Positions 9,219 to 17,795 of a DNA stretch of 64,000 nucleotides are shown here, piece by piece. This stretch comes from Phascolarctobacterium succinatutens (GTDB taxonomy: Bacteria; Bacillota; Clostridia; Christensenellales; CAG-917). The notes beneath the pieces were generated by a model. That model was not told where the DNA came from and made no database searches. It was given only the letters and a program-made list of their open reading frames with translations. The first letter of the stretch is position 1; each line of letters opens with the position of its first letter. Position numbers and translations under genes: made by a program. The stretch is from contig CAVBBF010000001.1 of NCBI GenBank assembly GCA_963593735.1, positions 9,569-73,568 on the forward strand, given 5' to 3'.

Positions 9219-9889
9219 TTTAAACCCTCTTTCCACGCCGAGTACTTGCCGTAAAGATAGTCGGCAAATTCGTTTACTCCCTCGCCGCTACGAGCGGACA
9301 ACGCAAATACCTTTGCGTTCGGATTTAGCGAGCGGATATATCCCTTGCACTTTTCGATGTCAAAATCGAAATATTTTGCCGTATCGGTTTTTGTGAACAC
9401 CACCGCGTCCGCAACCGAGAACATAAGCGAGTATTTGAGCGGTTTGTCGTCGCCTTCGGGAAGCGCGAGCAACACGACTTTGAGATGCGCGCCCGTGTCG
9501 AACTCGGCAGGACATACAAGGTTGCCGATATTTTCCAAAAACACGATGTCGGAAGTCGTTGCAAATTCCTTGAAACCTTGCCTCGACATATCCGCGTCGA
9601 GATGGCACATACCGCCCGTGTGAAGTTGGATTGCCTCTGCGCCCGCTTCGCGCACGGTGTACGCGTCCACGTCGCCGTCGATGTCCGCTTCCATAACGCC
9701 GACGTTGCATCTGTCCTTCAAAGCCTTTGTAAGCGCAACGAGCAACGTCGTCTTTCCGCTTCCGGGGGCTGACATAACGTTGACGTAATATACGCCCTGC
9801 TTGTCGAGTTCGCCGCGAAGTTTATCCGCGTCCGCGTCGTTGTTTTTGATTATGCTTTCCTTGAGTTCAACGGTTCTGACAATATCCAT
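9215..9889 (-). CDS. hypB: Nickel-dependent GTPase HypB (copy 2, tandem paralog)
   Basis: P-loop APGSGKTT, GGMCHLDAD, ENIGNLVCPAEFD. 224 aa. First gene of the operon. Confidence 0.85.
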   Translation of the reverse strand: MDIVRTVELKESIIKNNDADADKLRGELDKQGVYYVNVMSAPGSGKTTLLVALTKALKDRCNVGVMEADIDGDVDAYTVREAGAEAIQLHTGGMCHLDADMSRQGFKEFATTSDIVFLENIGNLVCPAEFDTGAHLKVVLLALPEGDDKPLKYSLMFSVADAVVFTKTDTAKYFDFDIEKCKGYIRSLNPNAKVFALSARSGEGVNEFADYLYGKYSAWKEGLK

Positions 9890-9912
9890 AATTATATCTT
9901 CTTTCCTCGCCT

Positions 9913-9941
9913 ATTGTAGCACTTGAAAATAATATTTTCAA
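9913..9941 (-). promoter_or_regulatory. Putative promoter of the hypB-hypB-oxidoreductase-hypA operon
   Basis: On the minus strand: TTGAAA (9941-9936), 17 nt, TACAAT (9918-9913), 24 nt upstream of ATG 9889. The palindrome TTGCCA-N6-TGGCAA at 9956-9973 lies just upstream. Confidence 0.6.
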
Positions 9942-10084
9942 TACATTTATATCGATTGCCAATTTTTTGGCAAAATATTCTTAAAAAACGAGGGGCTTTT
10001 GATAATAAATGGAAAATTTGAATCCATTAACCATAAAAAATAGAAAATGTGGGGTGCGAGAAAATAAACAAGAACGCGAAATTA

Positions 10085-10257
10085 AAACTGCGATAAATCG
10101 ATGCATAACGCGAAAGCACCCCTTGAATGGCAACCCTAATTTACAAAGCGTAAATGAGTTGACAGTCAAGGGGTGCTGTAAGGAACGAAGTGACGGAATA
10201 GCGATTGCTACGCTTGCGTCAATCGCGTCCAAAGTTAGGCGCGATTTAGCGCAGTTT
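10085..10257 (+). repeat. HP repeat, copy 2 (variant with a nested ~53 nt hairpin module in the 3' internal loop)
   Basis: S1 AAACTGCGATAAATCG/CGATTTAGCGCAGTTT. GCATAAC:GTTAGGC replaces GAAGAAC:GTTATTC. S2 GCACCCCTTGA/TCAAGGGGTGC. The apex is identical to copy 1. Module H (10178-10230) is inserted where other copies have TGAC-NNN. Ends on the stop codon of the ABC gene. Confidence 0.85.
10178..10230 (+). repeat. Module H (~50 nt hairpin module), copy nested in HP copy 2
   Basis: GTAAGGAACGAAGTGACGGAATAGCGATTG ctacgcttgcgt CAATCGCGTCC. The same module occurs reversed at 57162-57211, and in part at 61143-61170. Confidence 0.8.
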
Positions 10258-13202
10258 TAATCTACGCGGAGAGCGTCAACCACATTCTTGCGCGAAGCCA
10301 TAATCGCCGGAATTATGCCAGAAATTATGGTTAGAAGCAAACTCAGACATACAAGAATGAAGGCGTGAAGCGGATGGAAGTGCAAAAGCGATCCGATGGT
10401 GGTGATTTTCTCGATGATGACGGACAGGATGGGGCAAAGGATATATGTGACGACAATGCCGATGAGCCCGCTCCACAGACCGATGATGGAAGTTTCGGCA
10501 ATAAAGACGTTGCGAATATCCTTTTTGCGTGCGCCAATTGCGCGGAGAATACCGATTTCTCGAGTGCGCTCGACAACCGAGTTTGACGTGATGACTCCGA
10601 TCATAACGGTGGAAACGACAAGGGATATTGCGGCAACGGCTATGAGCATTGCGGATACGAGGTCAAGCGTGCTGCGCATATTGACAAGGAACATTTCGGA
10701 CACGTCGAAGTAGCCGAGATTACCCTTGCCGGACTGTTGCCAAGCGTCGATGTAGTTGCCCGAATTTGTCTTTTGGTTGCTGTCGTTTGGGAAAACGGTG
10801 ATGTAATACGGGCTCTTATCCGCGCCGATTGCGCGCATAAAATACGTGTATTTGAGCGCAGGCGTGTTGGCAACCGTTGCGAGCATCATATTTCCGTCAT
10901 TTATCTCTTTGTTGTCCAAACGAACGCCGAAAACCGTCTTCTTGCTATCGCCGCCGTTGTTTTTGTCAAGGTCCAACTGGCGCTGTGTGAAGGTGCTGTT
11001 CGCCGCGCTTTCGAGAGTGCTTTCGGCAAGCGAGGGTAAAAAGCAAAGCGATGTGCCGACGTATGTGTGTTCCGCATTCTTCTTTGCGCGGATAACGCCC
11101 ACGATTTTGATTTCGTCGGAAGATTCGTCGTACATTTGTTGAAGTTTTTCTTGGGATTCTTCCGAATCGTCATAGCCCCACATCATCTCTTTGCTCTGGT
11201 CTTGAAGAAGGTCGGTCAAACCGCCGCTTCCGTCGCTGCTCGATTCGCTACCCTTGCCGAGACCGAGATTTTCATACGTTCCCCTGTCCTCGTCGTAGGT
11301 GTAATAGGAATCGTTGTCGATGAGTTTGAAAGATTGCCCCAAGAAATATTCGTAAGACACTTTTTCTGTGTCGATTTTGATGGGTTTGCCGTCCTCGTCG
11401 AGTTTGAGAGTGCCGTCCTCGTTCTTTTCGTAAAGTTCGATTCCGAATGCGGAAAGCACCGATTTGCTAATGCTGTTGTCCGTGCCTACGCAGAGCAAAA
11501 TTTCGTTTTTGTTTTGCGGGAATCTGCTTCCCTCGCCGATGAAATCGTAGGAACGCATCATAACGTCTTCGTCCTCAACGAGTTCTTGCCAGTACTTTGC
11601 CTGCAAGCCGTTTTCGCCCAAAACCGTCGTGGCGCACGCCGTCGTGGTGAGCGGTTGCGGCTGTTGCGAAGCGTCCTTGTACACAACGTTGCCGTCTGCG
11701 TCATACGTCTTTCTGACAAGGTTGTATCGCAAGCCGTAAGATATGCTCATCGCCGTGTAATAATCCTTCGGCATCGCCTTCATATATTCGGCAAACTCCT
11801 CGCTCAACGCGTTTTTGGTGACGCCCGTCATAAAGGATTTAACGACGGAGTTGATCAACGTCATCATTGCCGCCGTACTGTTTGAAGTGTTCGAAACCGT
11901 GATTTCGTCGGAGTCGGGATAGAGGCTGGGATCTTCGGACGGTTTTTCCATCATGCTCGTCATCAAATCCATAATGGCGTTGCTGGATACGTTGTATTGA
12001 TAAATGCCGAGAGGAACGCCCGAAAGCATCTCGGTTTCCATCTTGGCAAGATAGATGTTAAATCCGTTGTAGATGGACAAAACGAGCGCAAGACCTATAA
12101 TGCCGATTGCGCCCGCAAAGGACGTAAGCAAAGTGCGGCGTTTTTTGGACACAAGGTTTTTAAGGCTCAGTCCGAACGCCATACCCGCACTCATGGACGT
12201 TGGCTTGAACGCCTTGTCTTTTTTCTTTTTCTTCTTCGTCAGGCTGTTGAGTCCGAGTTTGTCAAACAGTGCTTTCGTTTCCTCGCCGACGTTTCTCATA
12301 GCGCGTTTGCGCTTGCGGTTGGACGTCTTTTTCTGTTTGCCCGTTTCTTCTTCGTTTTGCTCGGTTTGAGTGTTTATCTCTACATTTTGGGATGTTAAAA
12401 CTTCTGTTTTGTCAACTTCGACTTCGGTTACATCGGTTGTGGAATTTTCAAGCGCGCCCGTAAAAGCCTCGATTGTCATCGCTTCTTCGCAAGTTTCTGC
12501 CTGCTCGCAAAACTCGGTTTCGGGGTCGTACGGATTGGTATCCTCGATGAGTTGACCGTCCTTGAATCGGCAAATACGAGTTGCATATTGATAGGCAAGT
12601 TCCGCATTGTGGGTGACCATAATGACAAGACGTTTCTTCGAAATCTCTTGGAGAATGTCCATAACCTGCACGCTCAGTTCGCTGTCAAGCGCGCCCGTCG
12701 GCTCATCGGCAAGAATGATTTTCGGGTCGTTTACAATGGCTCTTGCAATCGCGACGCGCTGCATTTGTCCGCCGCTGAGTTGGTTTGGACGTTTGTCAAT
12801 CTGCTCGTGCATGTTGACTTTGTGAAGCGCGGCAACCGCCTTTGCCCTGCGCTCCTTTTTCTTTTCACCGACAAGGCTCAATGCAAGTTCGACGTTTTCA
12901 AGCACGGAGAGATGAGGAATCAGATTGTAACTTTGAAAGACAAATCCTATGGTTGCGTTGCGATATGCGTCCCAGTGTTCGTCGTCAAATTCCGCCGTGG
13001 AAACGCCGCCGATGACCAAGTCCCCCGAAGTGTATCTGTCAAGACCGCCTATAATGTTGAGCATTGTAGTCTTTCCGCAGCCGCTCGGTCCGAGGATTGC
13101 CACAAATTCGCTTTCGCGGAAATTGAGCGACACCTTTCTCAAAGCGTGTACGGTGGTTGTAGCGGTGGGATAGTCTTTTACTACGTCTTTAAGTTGAAGC
13201 AT
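10257..13202 (-). CDS. Fused ABC transporter ATP-binding/permease protein (MacB/FtsX-like)
   Basis: 981 aa. N-terminal Walker [35 protein letters not shown]. Long extracytoplasmic middle region. C-terminal FtsX-type TM bundle ([16 protein letters not shown]). Confidence 0.85.
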   Translation of the reverse strand: MLQLKDVVKDYPTATTTVHALRKVSLNFRESEFVAILGPSGCGKTTMLNIIGGLDRYTSGDLVIGGVSTAEFDDEHWDAYRNATIGFVFQSYNLIPHLSVLENVELALSLVGEKKKERRAKAVAALHKVNMHEQIDKRPNQLSGGQMQRVAIARAIVNDPKIILADEPTGALDSELSVQVMDILQEISKKRLVIMVTHNAELAYQYATRICRFKDGQLIEDTNPYDPETEFCEQAETCEEAMTIEAFTGALENSTTDVTEVEVDKTEVLTSQNVEINTQTEQNEEETGKQKKTSNRKRKRAMRNVGEETKALFDKLGLNSLTKKKKKKDKAFKPTSMSAGMAFGLSLKNLVSKKRRTLLTSFAGAIGIIGLALVLSIYNGFNIYLAKMETEMLSGVPLGIYQYNVSSNAIMDLMTSMMEKPSEDPSLYPDSDEITVSNTSNSTAAMMTLINSVVKSFMTGVTKNALSEEFAEYMKAMPKDYYTAMSISYGLRYNLVRKTYDADGNVVYKDASQQPQPLTTTACATTVLGENGLQAKYWQELVEDEDVMMRSYDFIGEGSRFPQNKNEILLCVGTDNSISKSVLSAFGIELYEKNEDGTLKLDEDGKPIKIDTEKVSYEYFLGQSFKLIDNDSYYTYDEDRGTYENLGLGKGSESSSDGSGGLTDLLQDQSKEMMWGYDDSEESQEKLQQMYDESSDEIKIVGVIRAKKNAEHTYVGTSLCFLPSLAESTLESAANSTFTQRQLDLDKNNGGDSKKTVFGVRLDNKEINDGNMMLATVANTPALKYTYFMRAIGADKSPYYITVFPNDSNQKTNSGNYIDAWQQSGKGNLGYFDVSEMFLVNMRSTLDLVSAMLIAVAAISLVVSTVMIGVITSNSVVERTREIGILRAIGARKKDIRNVFIAETSIIGLWSGLIGIVVTYILCPILSVIIEKITTIGSLLHFHPLHAFILVCLSLLLTIISGIIPAIMASRKNVVDALRVD

Positions 13203-13323
13203 ATTTCACCTCAATAAATGCAGATACTCGATTTTTTGTTATTGTTTTTGAAAACGACAAAGAGAATGACGGCTCGTCATTCCCCTTGCGAAAGTTCAAA
13301 TCTATGATCCCCCCAATCACGGA

Positions 13324-13917
13324 TCAAAGCGTGTTTTGATCCATCATCAAGGAAATGCCTTTGCTCATTGCGTCGGAAATATTCTTGCAAAGTTCTTCAA
13401 GCGAGAGCGAACTCTTGTGGTTAAACCAAATCTTGAAACACTCGGTCATGCCTGCCGCCGCAAACGCAACGATGTATTTTGTCTTGCCCAAATCGGACGT
13501 GGACCCCTCGTTGGACGCGAACCAGTGCATATATGCGCTTACGATTCTGTCGTTTATTTTGTCAAGAAGTTGCCCCGACGTGCTTGACGAAAGAATATAT
13601 CTGTTGTTTGCGTCCTGTTTGAGAATCTCTTCGGCGAGCATGCTCAAAAGCGGATACGGATTTTTGATGCTGTTTCGGATGTCCGTTTCGCTCATAATCT
13701 TGTCGATGCCTGCGATTATGACGTTTTCGATGTCCGTGCGAACGTCGCCCACCGTGTCGTAGTACATATAGAAAGTGCTGCGAGTGATGTTGGCTTTTTG
13801 CGTGAGTTCGCTTATGGTGATGTCCGCCATGTCCTTCTCTTGAACGAGTTGCTTGAATGCGTCAAAAATTGCGTTTTTTGTTTTGATAATCCGTTTGTCA
13901 ATACCGCCGTTTTTCAT
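13324..13917 (-). CDS. TetR/AcrR family transcriptional regulator
   Basis: HTH ITISELTQKANITRSTFYMYYDTVGDV. 197 aa. Directly upstream of the fused ABC gene. Confidence 0.85.
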   Translation of the reverse strand: MKNGGIDKRIIKTKNAIFDAFKQLVQEKDMADITISELTQKANITRSTFYMYYDTVGDVRTDIENVIIAGIDKIMSETDIRNSIKNPYPLLSMLAEEILKQDANNRYILSSSTSGQLLDKINDRIVSAYMHWFASNEGSTSDLGKTKYIVAFAAAGMTECFKIWFNHKSSLSLEELCKNISDAMSKGISLMMDQNTL

Positions 13918-14088
13918 TTTTTCTTGTCCTAATAAAATTTTTATATTGCAAAGTGTATCATATCATATATTTGTGCGATTTTCTATCGATTTATAAAATA
14001 TTAATGAAATTAATGAATTATTAAGGTTTGCACATCATATAAATATAAATTTACAACATCGAGGGCGAAATTACCCGAAGGAGGAATT

Positions 14089-14268
14089 ATGAAAATAAGA
14101 CGAACAAGAAAGCACAATGTCCCCCTATCTCACAGCAATTTGACGACGCACGAGAATCTGCGCTCGCGCTTCGACCCGAACGGAAGTTATACGGGCGTAC
14201 CCGAAAAACACGGTTATCCCGACGTGCCCGACGGCGAAAAACCCGTGCAAGACGTAGACGACTTATGA
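14089..14268 (+). CDS. Small hypothetical protein (59 aa)
   Basis: Below the ORF-track cut-off. Strong RBS GAAGGAGGA lies 4-12 nt upstream of ATG 14089. Translates MKIRRTRKHNVPLSHSNLTTHENLRSRFDPNGSYTGVPEKHGYPDVPDGEKPVQDVDDL. Not recognised. Confidence 0.5.
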   Translation: MKIRRTRKHNVPLSHSNLTTHENLRSRFDPNGSYTGVPEKHGYPDVPDGEKPVQDVDDL

Positions 14269-14270
14269 GC

Positions 14271-14327
14271 AAAATTAATAATTAATAATGAATAATTAAT
14301 AATTGCGGGTGGGCTTTGCCCACACCC
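14271..14327 (+). repeat. A/T box plus GC hairpin, copy 1
   Basis: AAAATTAATAATTAATAATGAATAATTAATAATT is followed by GCGGGTGGGC ttt GCCCACACCC. Starts 2 nt after the stop of the 59 aa ORF. Confidence 0.9.
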
Positions 14328-14459
14328 GATTGTGCCTTTGGCGCACTTTGTGCGCGAGCGAAAAATTCAAATCTTCCATCGGCGTGCAAAGCACGCCACC
14401 AAGCAAGCACTCGCACGAAATTGCGGCTTTGCCGCAGTTGCGGAAGATTTGAAAATTGT

Positions 14460-14484
14460 AAAACGGCGAGAGTCTCGCCGTTTT
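14460..14484. terminator. Bidirectional terminator-like hairpin inside a repeat island
   Basis: AAAACGGCGAG agt CTCGCCGTTTT, an 11 bp perfect stem with A/T tracts on both sides. Confidence 0.6.
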
Positions 14485-14524
14485 ATGTTGAATAATCCTT
14501 ATAATATTCGTGCCGCAGGCACGT

Positions 14525-14732
14525 CACCAAGCAGATAATTTGGCGAAACTGTGGCGTGAGGTTTTATCCCTGCTTGAACTGATAGCGCAAATTCTCTGCG
14601 CGGTTAGTGATTGCGAGAACATGTGCGGTTTTTGTCAATCGCCCCAAAGGTTTTCATTTCTATTTATGGGATTCCCACGCTTCGCTCTGAATGACGACGT
14701 GGTCGATTGACTTTGCCGCAACGCCGTTTGAG
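14525..14732 (+). repeat. M3 module, copy 1
   Basis: CACCAAGCAGATAATTTGGCGAAACTG..GCGCGGTTAGTGATTGCGAGAACATGTGCGGTTTTTGTCAATCGCCCCAAAGG..GATTCCCACGCTTCGCTCTGAATGACGACGTGGTCGATTGAC..GCCGCAACGCCGTTTG. Confidence 0.8.
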
Positions 14733-14916
14733 CAATGCAACCCTAGCGTACAAATGTACGTGAGTTGTCAACTCGTGGCTCTGACAAAGTTATTCGCTTA
14801 CAACTTTTGACAAGAGCGCAATAAATGAATAAAGAACAAGAAAACGCCCATCGAATGGCAATCAAATATACAAAAAGTGAGCGTGTCTAATCCCACTCTT
14901 TATTTATTACGAAAGC

Positions 14917-15031
14917 CGCGCCAAATAGATGAAGAACGAGAAAGAGCCACCCGAACCGCAACCCTAATTTACTGATAGTAAATGAGTTGTCGGGCGGGTG
15001 GCTCTGACAAAGTTATTCGTTATTTGGCACG
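14917..15031 (+). repeat. HP repeat, copy 3
   Basis: S1 CGCGCCAAATA/TATTTGGCACG, S2 AGAGCCACCC/GGGTGGCTCT, apex CAAC CCTA ATTTAC tgata GTAAAT GA GTTG. The 3' arm contains the stop and last 3 codons of the M28 peptidase gene. Partial copies lie at 14738-14794 and 14823-14862. Confidence 0.9.
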
Positions 15032-16339
15032 ACTTTCGTCGATTTTGGAAATGACGCGCAACACCACGTCCAACCCCAATCCCACCGTGTCGGGCGAGAA
15101 ACGCTCGGGTACGTCGCGATAGGTGTGATAGTAATCGCTCATGACGGGATTTTGTGCGGCGAATGTGATGGATTTTACGCCGGATTTTTGGAAAGGAGTG
15201 GAATCGCAACCGCCGACGGGGTTTGCGATGTCGCCGGGGTTTTTGATGCCCGCTTCCCTCATAGACTCTTTGAACATGCGCTCCAAATCTTTGTCGAAGC
15301 GAGGGCAAAGCCAACTGTCGCCGTGAATGACTTCAAAGTGATCCGCATCGGCGATGGAATCGATGTTGATGTGATAGGCGTTGTCGAACATACCGTCGTC
15401 TTTGTGCCTGCGAGTGAAGGCAATGGAGCCGCGAAGACCGGATTCCTCCGCGCCGATATTGCAGTCGACGATTCGGCAATTTTTTGGCATTTTGTCGGGG
15501 TTTTCCTTGTAATACTTCACGACTTGATATGCGATGGAAACGCCGGTTGCGTTGTCCATTGCGCCGGGGGAAGCGATTGCTTCCGTCTTTTCGTTGTACA
15601 TCGTTAGCAAGAATGCGCAGACGATGACGACGGGCGACGAATACAAAATAATTTGCGAGAGAATGCTATATGCTTTTGCAACGTTCATATACGTTTCAAC
15701 GCCCAACGAATCCGAGCCGTATTGCAGTATCATTATGAGAATGAGAGCGACTGCGCTGATGAGCGTCACAACTCCCACCGCGATCGCGCCGAGACCCAAG
15801 CGAAGCACGACGCCGACAAAGCCGAGTTTGTGCTGTGACGCGCTGAGTTTGAGCGTCCAACTCGTGTCGGTGTGACCCGAAAGGAAGATTGTATAATCGT
15901 ATTTTCCGTCTTCGGGGAGGAGTTCGGCATATGTATTGTGCGACACTTTGTGCTTGAAGCACCAGTCGAAGCAGGTGTTGTACTTGAACACGCTGACAAT
16001 GAGCCAAATCCAAGTGAACGCCATATACATCGTGCATACGAAGTGGGTTGCAAGTCCTGCATACGTCGAGATGTGCGCGAGCATTGTCGCAATGACGGTG
16101 AGGATGCATCCGATTATGCCTGCCCATCCTGCGTAAGGCAAACCGCCTATGGACGCATGGGGCGCAAAGACAAAACTCTCGGTGACGGGGTTGAGCCCGA
16201 TTTCTTTGAGTTTGTCCGACATATACTCGTGGTATTTCTTCTCGTTGTTCGAGCCGGGAAGGCGCGGGCCTATCTCGTTTGCGGCGTATTCCACCATTTC
16301 ATAGGCTTCGTCGCCATACTTTTTGAGTTCTTCTCTCAT
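15020..16339 (-). CDS. M28 family metallopeptidase with an internal multi-TM segment
   Basis: 439 aa. Metal-ligand-like blocks GAMDNATG and GAEESGLRGS. Hydrophobic central region. Confidence 0.7.
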   Translation of the reverse strand: MREELKKYGDEAYEMVEYAANEIGPRLPGSNNEKKYHEYMSDKLKEIGLNPVTESFVFAPHASIGGLPYAGWAGIIGCILTVIATMLAHISTYAGLATHFVCTMYMAFTWIWLIVSVFKYNTCFDWCFKHKVSHNTYAELLPEDGKYDYTIFLSGHTDTSWTLKLSASQHKLGFVGVVLRLGLGAIAVGVVTLISAVALILIMILQYGSDSLGVETYMNVAKAYSILSQIILYSSPVVIVCAFLLTMYNEKTEAIASPGAMDNATGVSIAYQVVKYYKENPDKMPKNCRIVDCNIGAEESGLRGSIAFTRRHKDDGMFDNAYHINIDSIADADHFEVIHGDSWLCPRFDKDLERMFKESMREAGIKNPGDIANPVGGCDSTPFQKSGVKSITFAAQNPVMSDYYHTYRDVPERFSPDTVGLGLDVVLRVISKIDESRAK

Positions 16340-16420
16340 AATTTTCTTTTCCTTTTTGTTACTTTTTGTTTTATCGATTAAAAGGCAAAACGCGGTTGCG
16401 CTTTTCCCGAAAAACCGTGA

Positions 16421-17704
16421 TTATTTGGTGATTTTTTCCATTCCGCCCATATACTTGCGAAGCACTTCGGGAATGGTTACGCTGCCGTCTGCGTTTTGGA
16501 ATTGCTCGACGATTGCAGGGATAAGTCTCGACGTTGCAAGTCCGCTGCCGTTGAGGGTATGCACAAAGCGCGGTTTGCCCGTTTCGCTGTCGCGGAAACG
16601 AGTGTTGTTGCGGCGCGCTTGATAGTCGTTTGCGTTGGAAACGGAAGAACATTCCTTGTAAATGCCCATAGACGGAATCCAAAGTTCGACATCGTAAGTT
16701 CTCGCCATAGAAGCGGAGCAATCCCCTGCCGCAAGTTTGCTGACTCTGAAATGCAAGCCGAGTTGCTCGACAAGCCTCGAAGCCTTTTCGACAAGTTCTT
16801 CAAAAGCCTCTTTGCTGTGGTCGGGGTGAGCGTATTGCACCATTTCGATTTTGTTGAATTGGTGCCCTCTTATCATACCTCTCTCCTCCGCTCTCGCGCT
16901 GCCCGCCTCTTTTCTGAAACAGGGCGAGTAGGCAAAAAACTTCATAGGCAACTTGCTTTCATCGATGATTTCGCCGGCGTACATATTTACGAGCGCGGTT
17001 TCGGCGGTGGGAAGCATAAAGCGGTTGCGCTTTCTGTCCTCGTCGCAGTCGAGCCAGTACACCTCGTCGCTGAATTTGGGGAATTGACCTGCGCCGAAGC
17101 CGCAGTTGTAGCCGAGTTGATAAGGCGGAAGAATAAATTCGTAACCGTCTTTGAGGTGTTCGTCAATAAAGTAGTTGAGCAACGCCCATTCGAGTCTTGC
17201 GCCCACGCCCCTGTAAATCCAGAAACCGTTGCCCGAAAGTTTTACGCCTCTTTCATAGTCGATCATACCAAGATCCGTGCATATGTCGACGTGATTTTTG
17301 AGCGGAAAATCGAATTTGGGTTGTCCGCCGACGATTTTGATGACCTTGTTGTTTTCCTTCTCGCCGGGAAGAAGATCGGGATCGGGAATGTTGGGCATAC
17401 AGGCAAGAGCGTCGTTGACCTTTGCAACGAGGTCGTTTATCTTTGCGTCGCCCTCTGCGATTTCGTCGCCGAGTTTTCTCATTTCGTCAAATATCGCCTC
17501 GACGGGTTGACCCGCTTTTTTGAGAACGGGGATTTGCGCCGAAACCCTATTTTTTTGTGCCTTGAGTTGTTCGATTCGAGTTATAGTCGCCTTTCTTTCG
17601 TCGTCCCATTCGATGATTTGCGAAAAGTCTGCGGCGTAACCTTTCTTTGCAAGAGCGTCAACCACCTCTTGCGGATTGTTTCTGATTCTTGCCAGATCCA
17701 ACAT
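16421..17704 (-). CDS. serS: Serine--tRNA ligase
   Basis: 427 aa. N-terminal coiled-coil arm (MLDLARIRNNPQEV...). Class II core ending TLNGSGLATSRLIPAIVEQFQ. Confidence 0.95.
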   Translation of the reverse strand: MLDLARIRNNPQEVVDALAKKGYAADFSQIIEWDDERKATITRIEQLKAQKNRVSAQIPVLKKAGQPVEAIFDEMRKLGDEIAEGDAKINDLVAKVNDALACMPNIPDPDLLPGEKENNKVIKIVGGQPKFDFPLKNHVDICTDLGMIDYERGVKLSGNGFWIYRGVGARLEWALLNYFIDEHLKDGYEFILPPYQLGYNCGFGAGQFPKFSDEVYWLDCDEDRKRNRFMLPTAETALVNMYAGEIIDESKLPMKFFAYSPCFRKEAGSARAEERGMIRGHQFNKIEMVQYAHPDHSKEAFEELVEKASRLVEQLGLHFRVSKLAAGDCSASMARTYDVELWIPSMGIYKECSSVSNANDYQARRNNTRFRDSETGKPRFVHTLNGSGLATSRLIPAIVEQFQNADGSVTIPEVLRKYMGGMEKITK

Positions 17705-17752
17705 AGTGTTTTTCCTCTGATGTCGATATAGTCTTTTTATGATTTTATTTGC

Positions 17753-17785
17753 AAAACGCGCTTTTACGTTTCAAATTCGCGCGTT
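17753..17785 (-). terminator. Putative leuS terminator
   Basis: On the minus strand: AACGCGC (17 nt loop) GCGCGTT followed by TTTGC. The large loop lowers confidence. Confidence 0.45.
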
Positions 17786-17795
17786 AAAGCCTTTG

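Noticed and set aside
10085-10257. Integron attC sites. Copy 2 carries GCATAAC...GTTAGGC, resembling the RYYYAAC/GTTRRRY core sites, and the elements sit right after ORF stops as attC sites do.
   Set aside because: Most copies have GAAGAAC/GTTATTC, which does not fit GTTRRRY in either orientation. An additional outer stem extends beyond the putative R boxes. The flanked genes are core housekeeping genes (argS, ychF, hypA) rather than cassettes. No intI is seen. It is worth a formal attC covariance-model scan but is unlikely.
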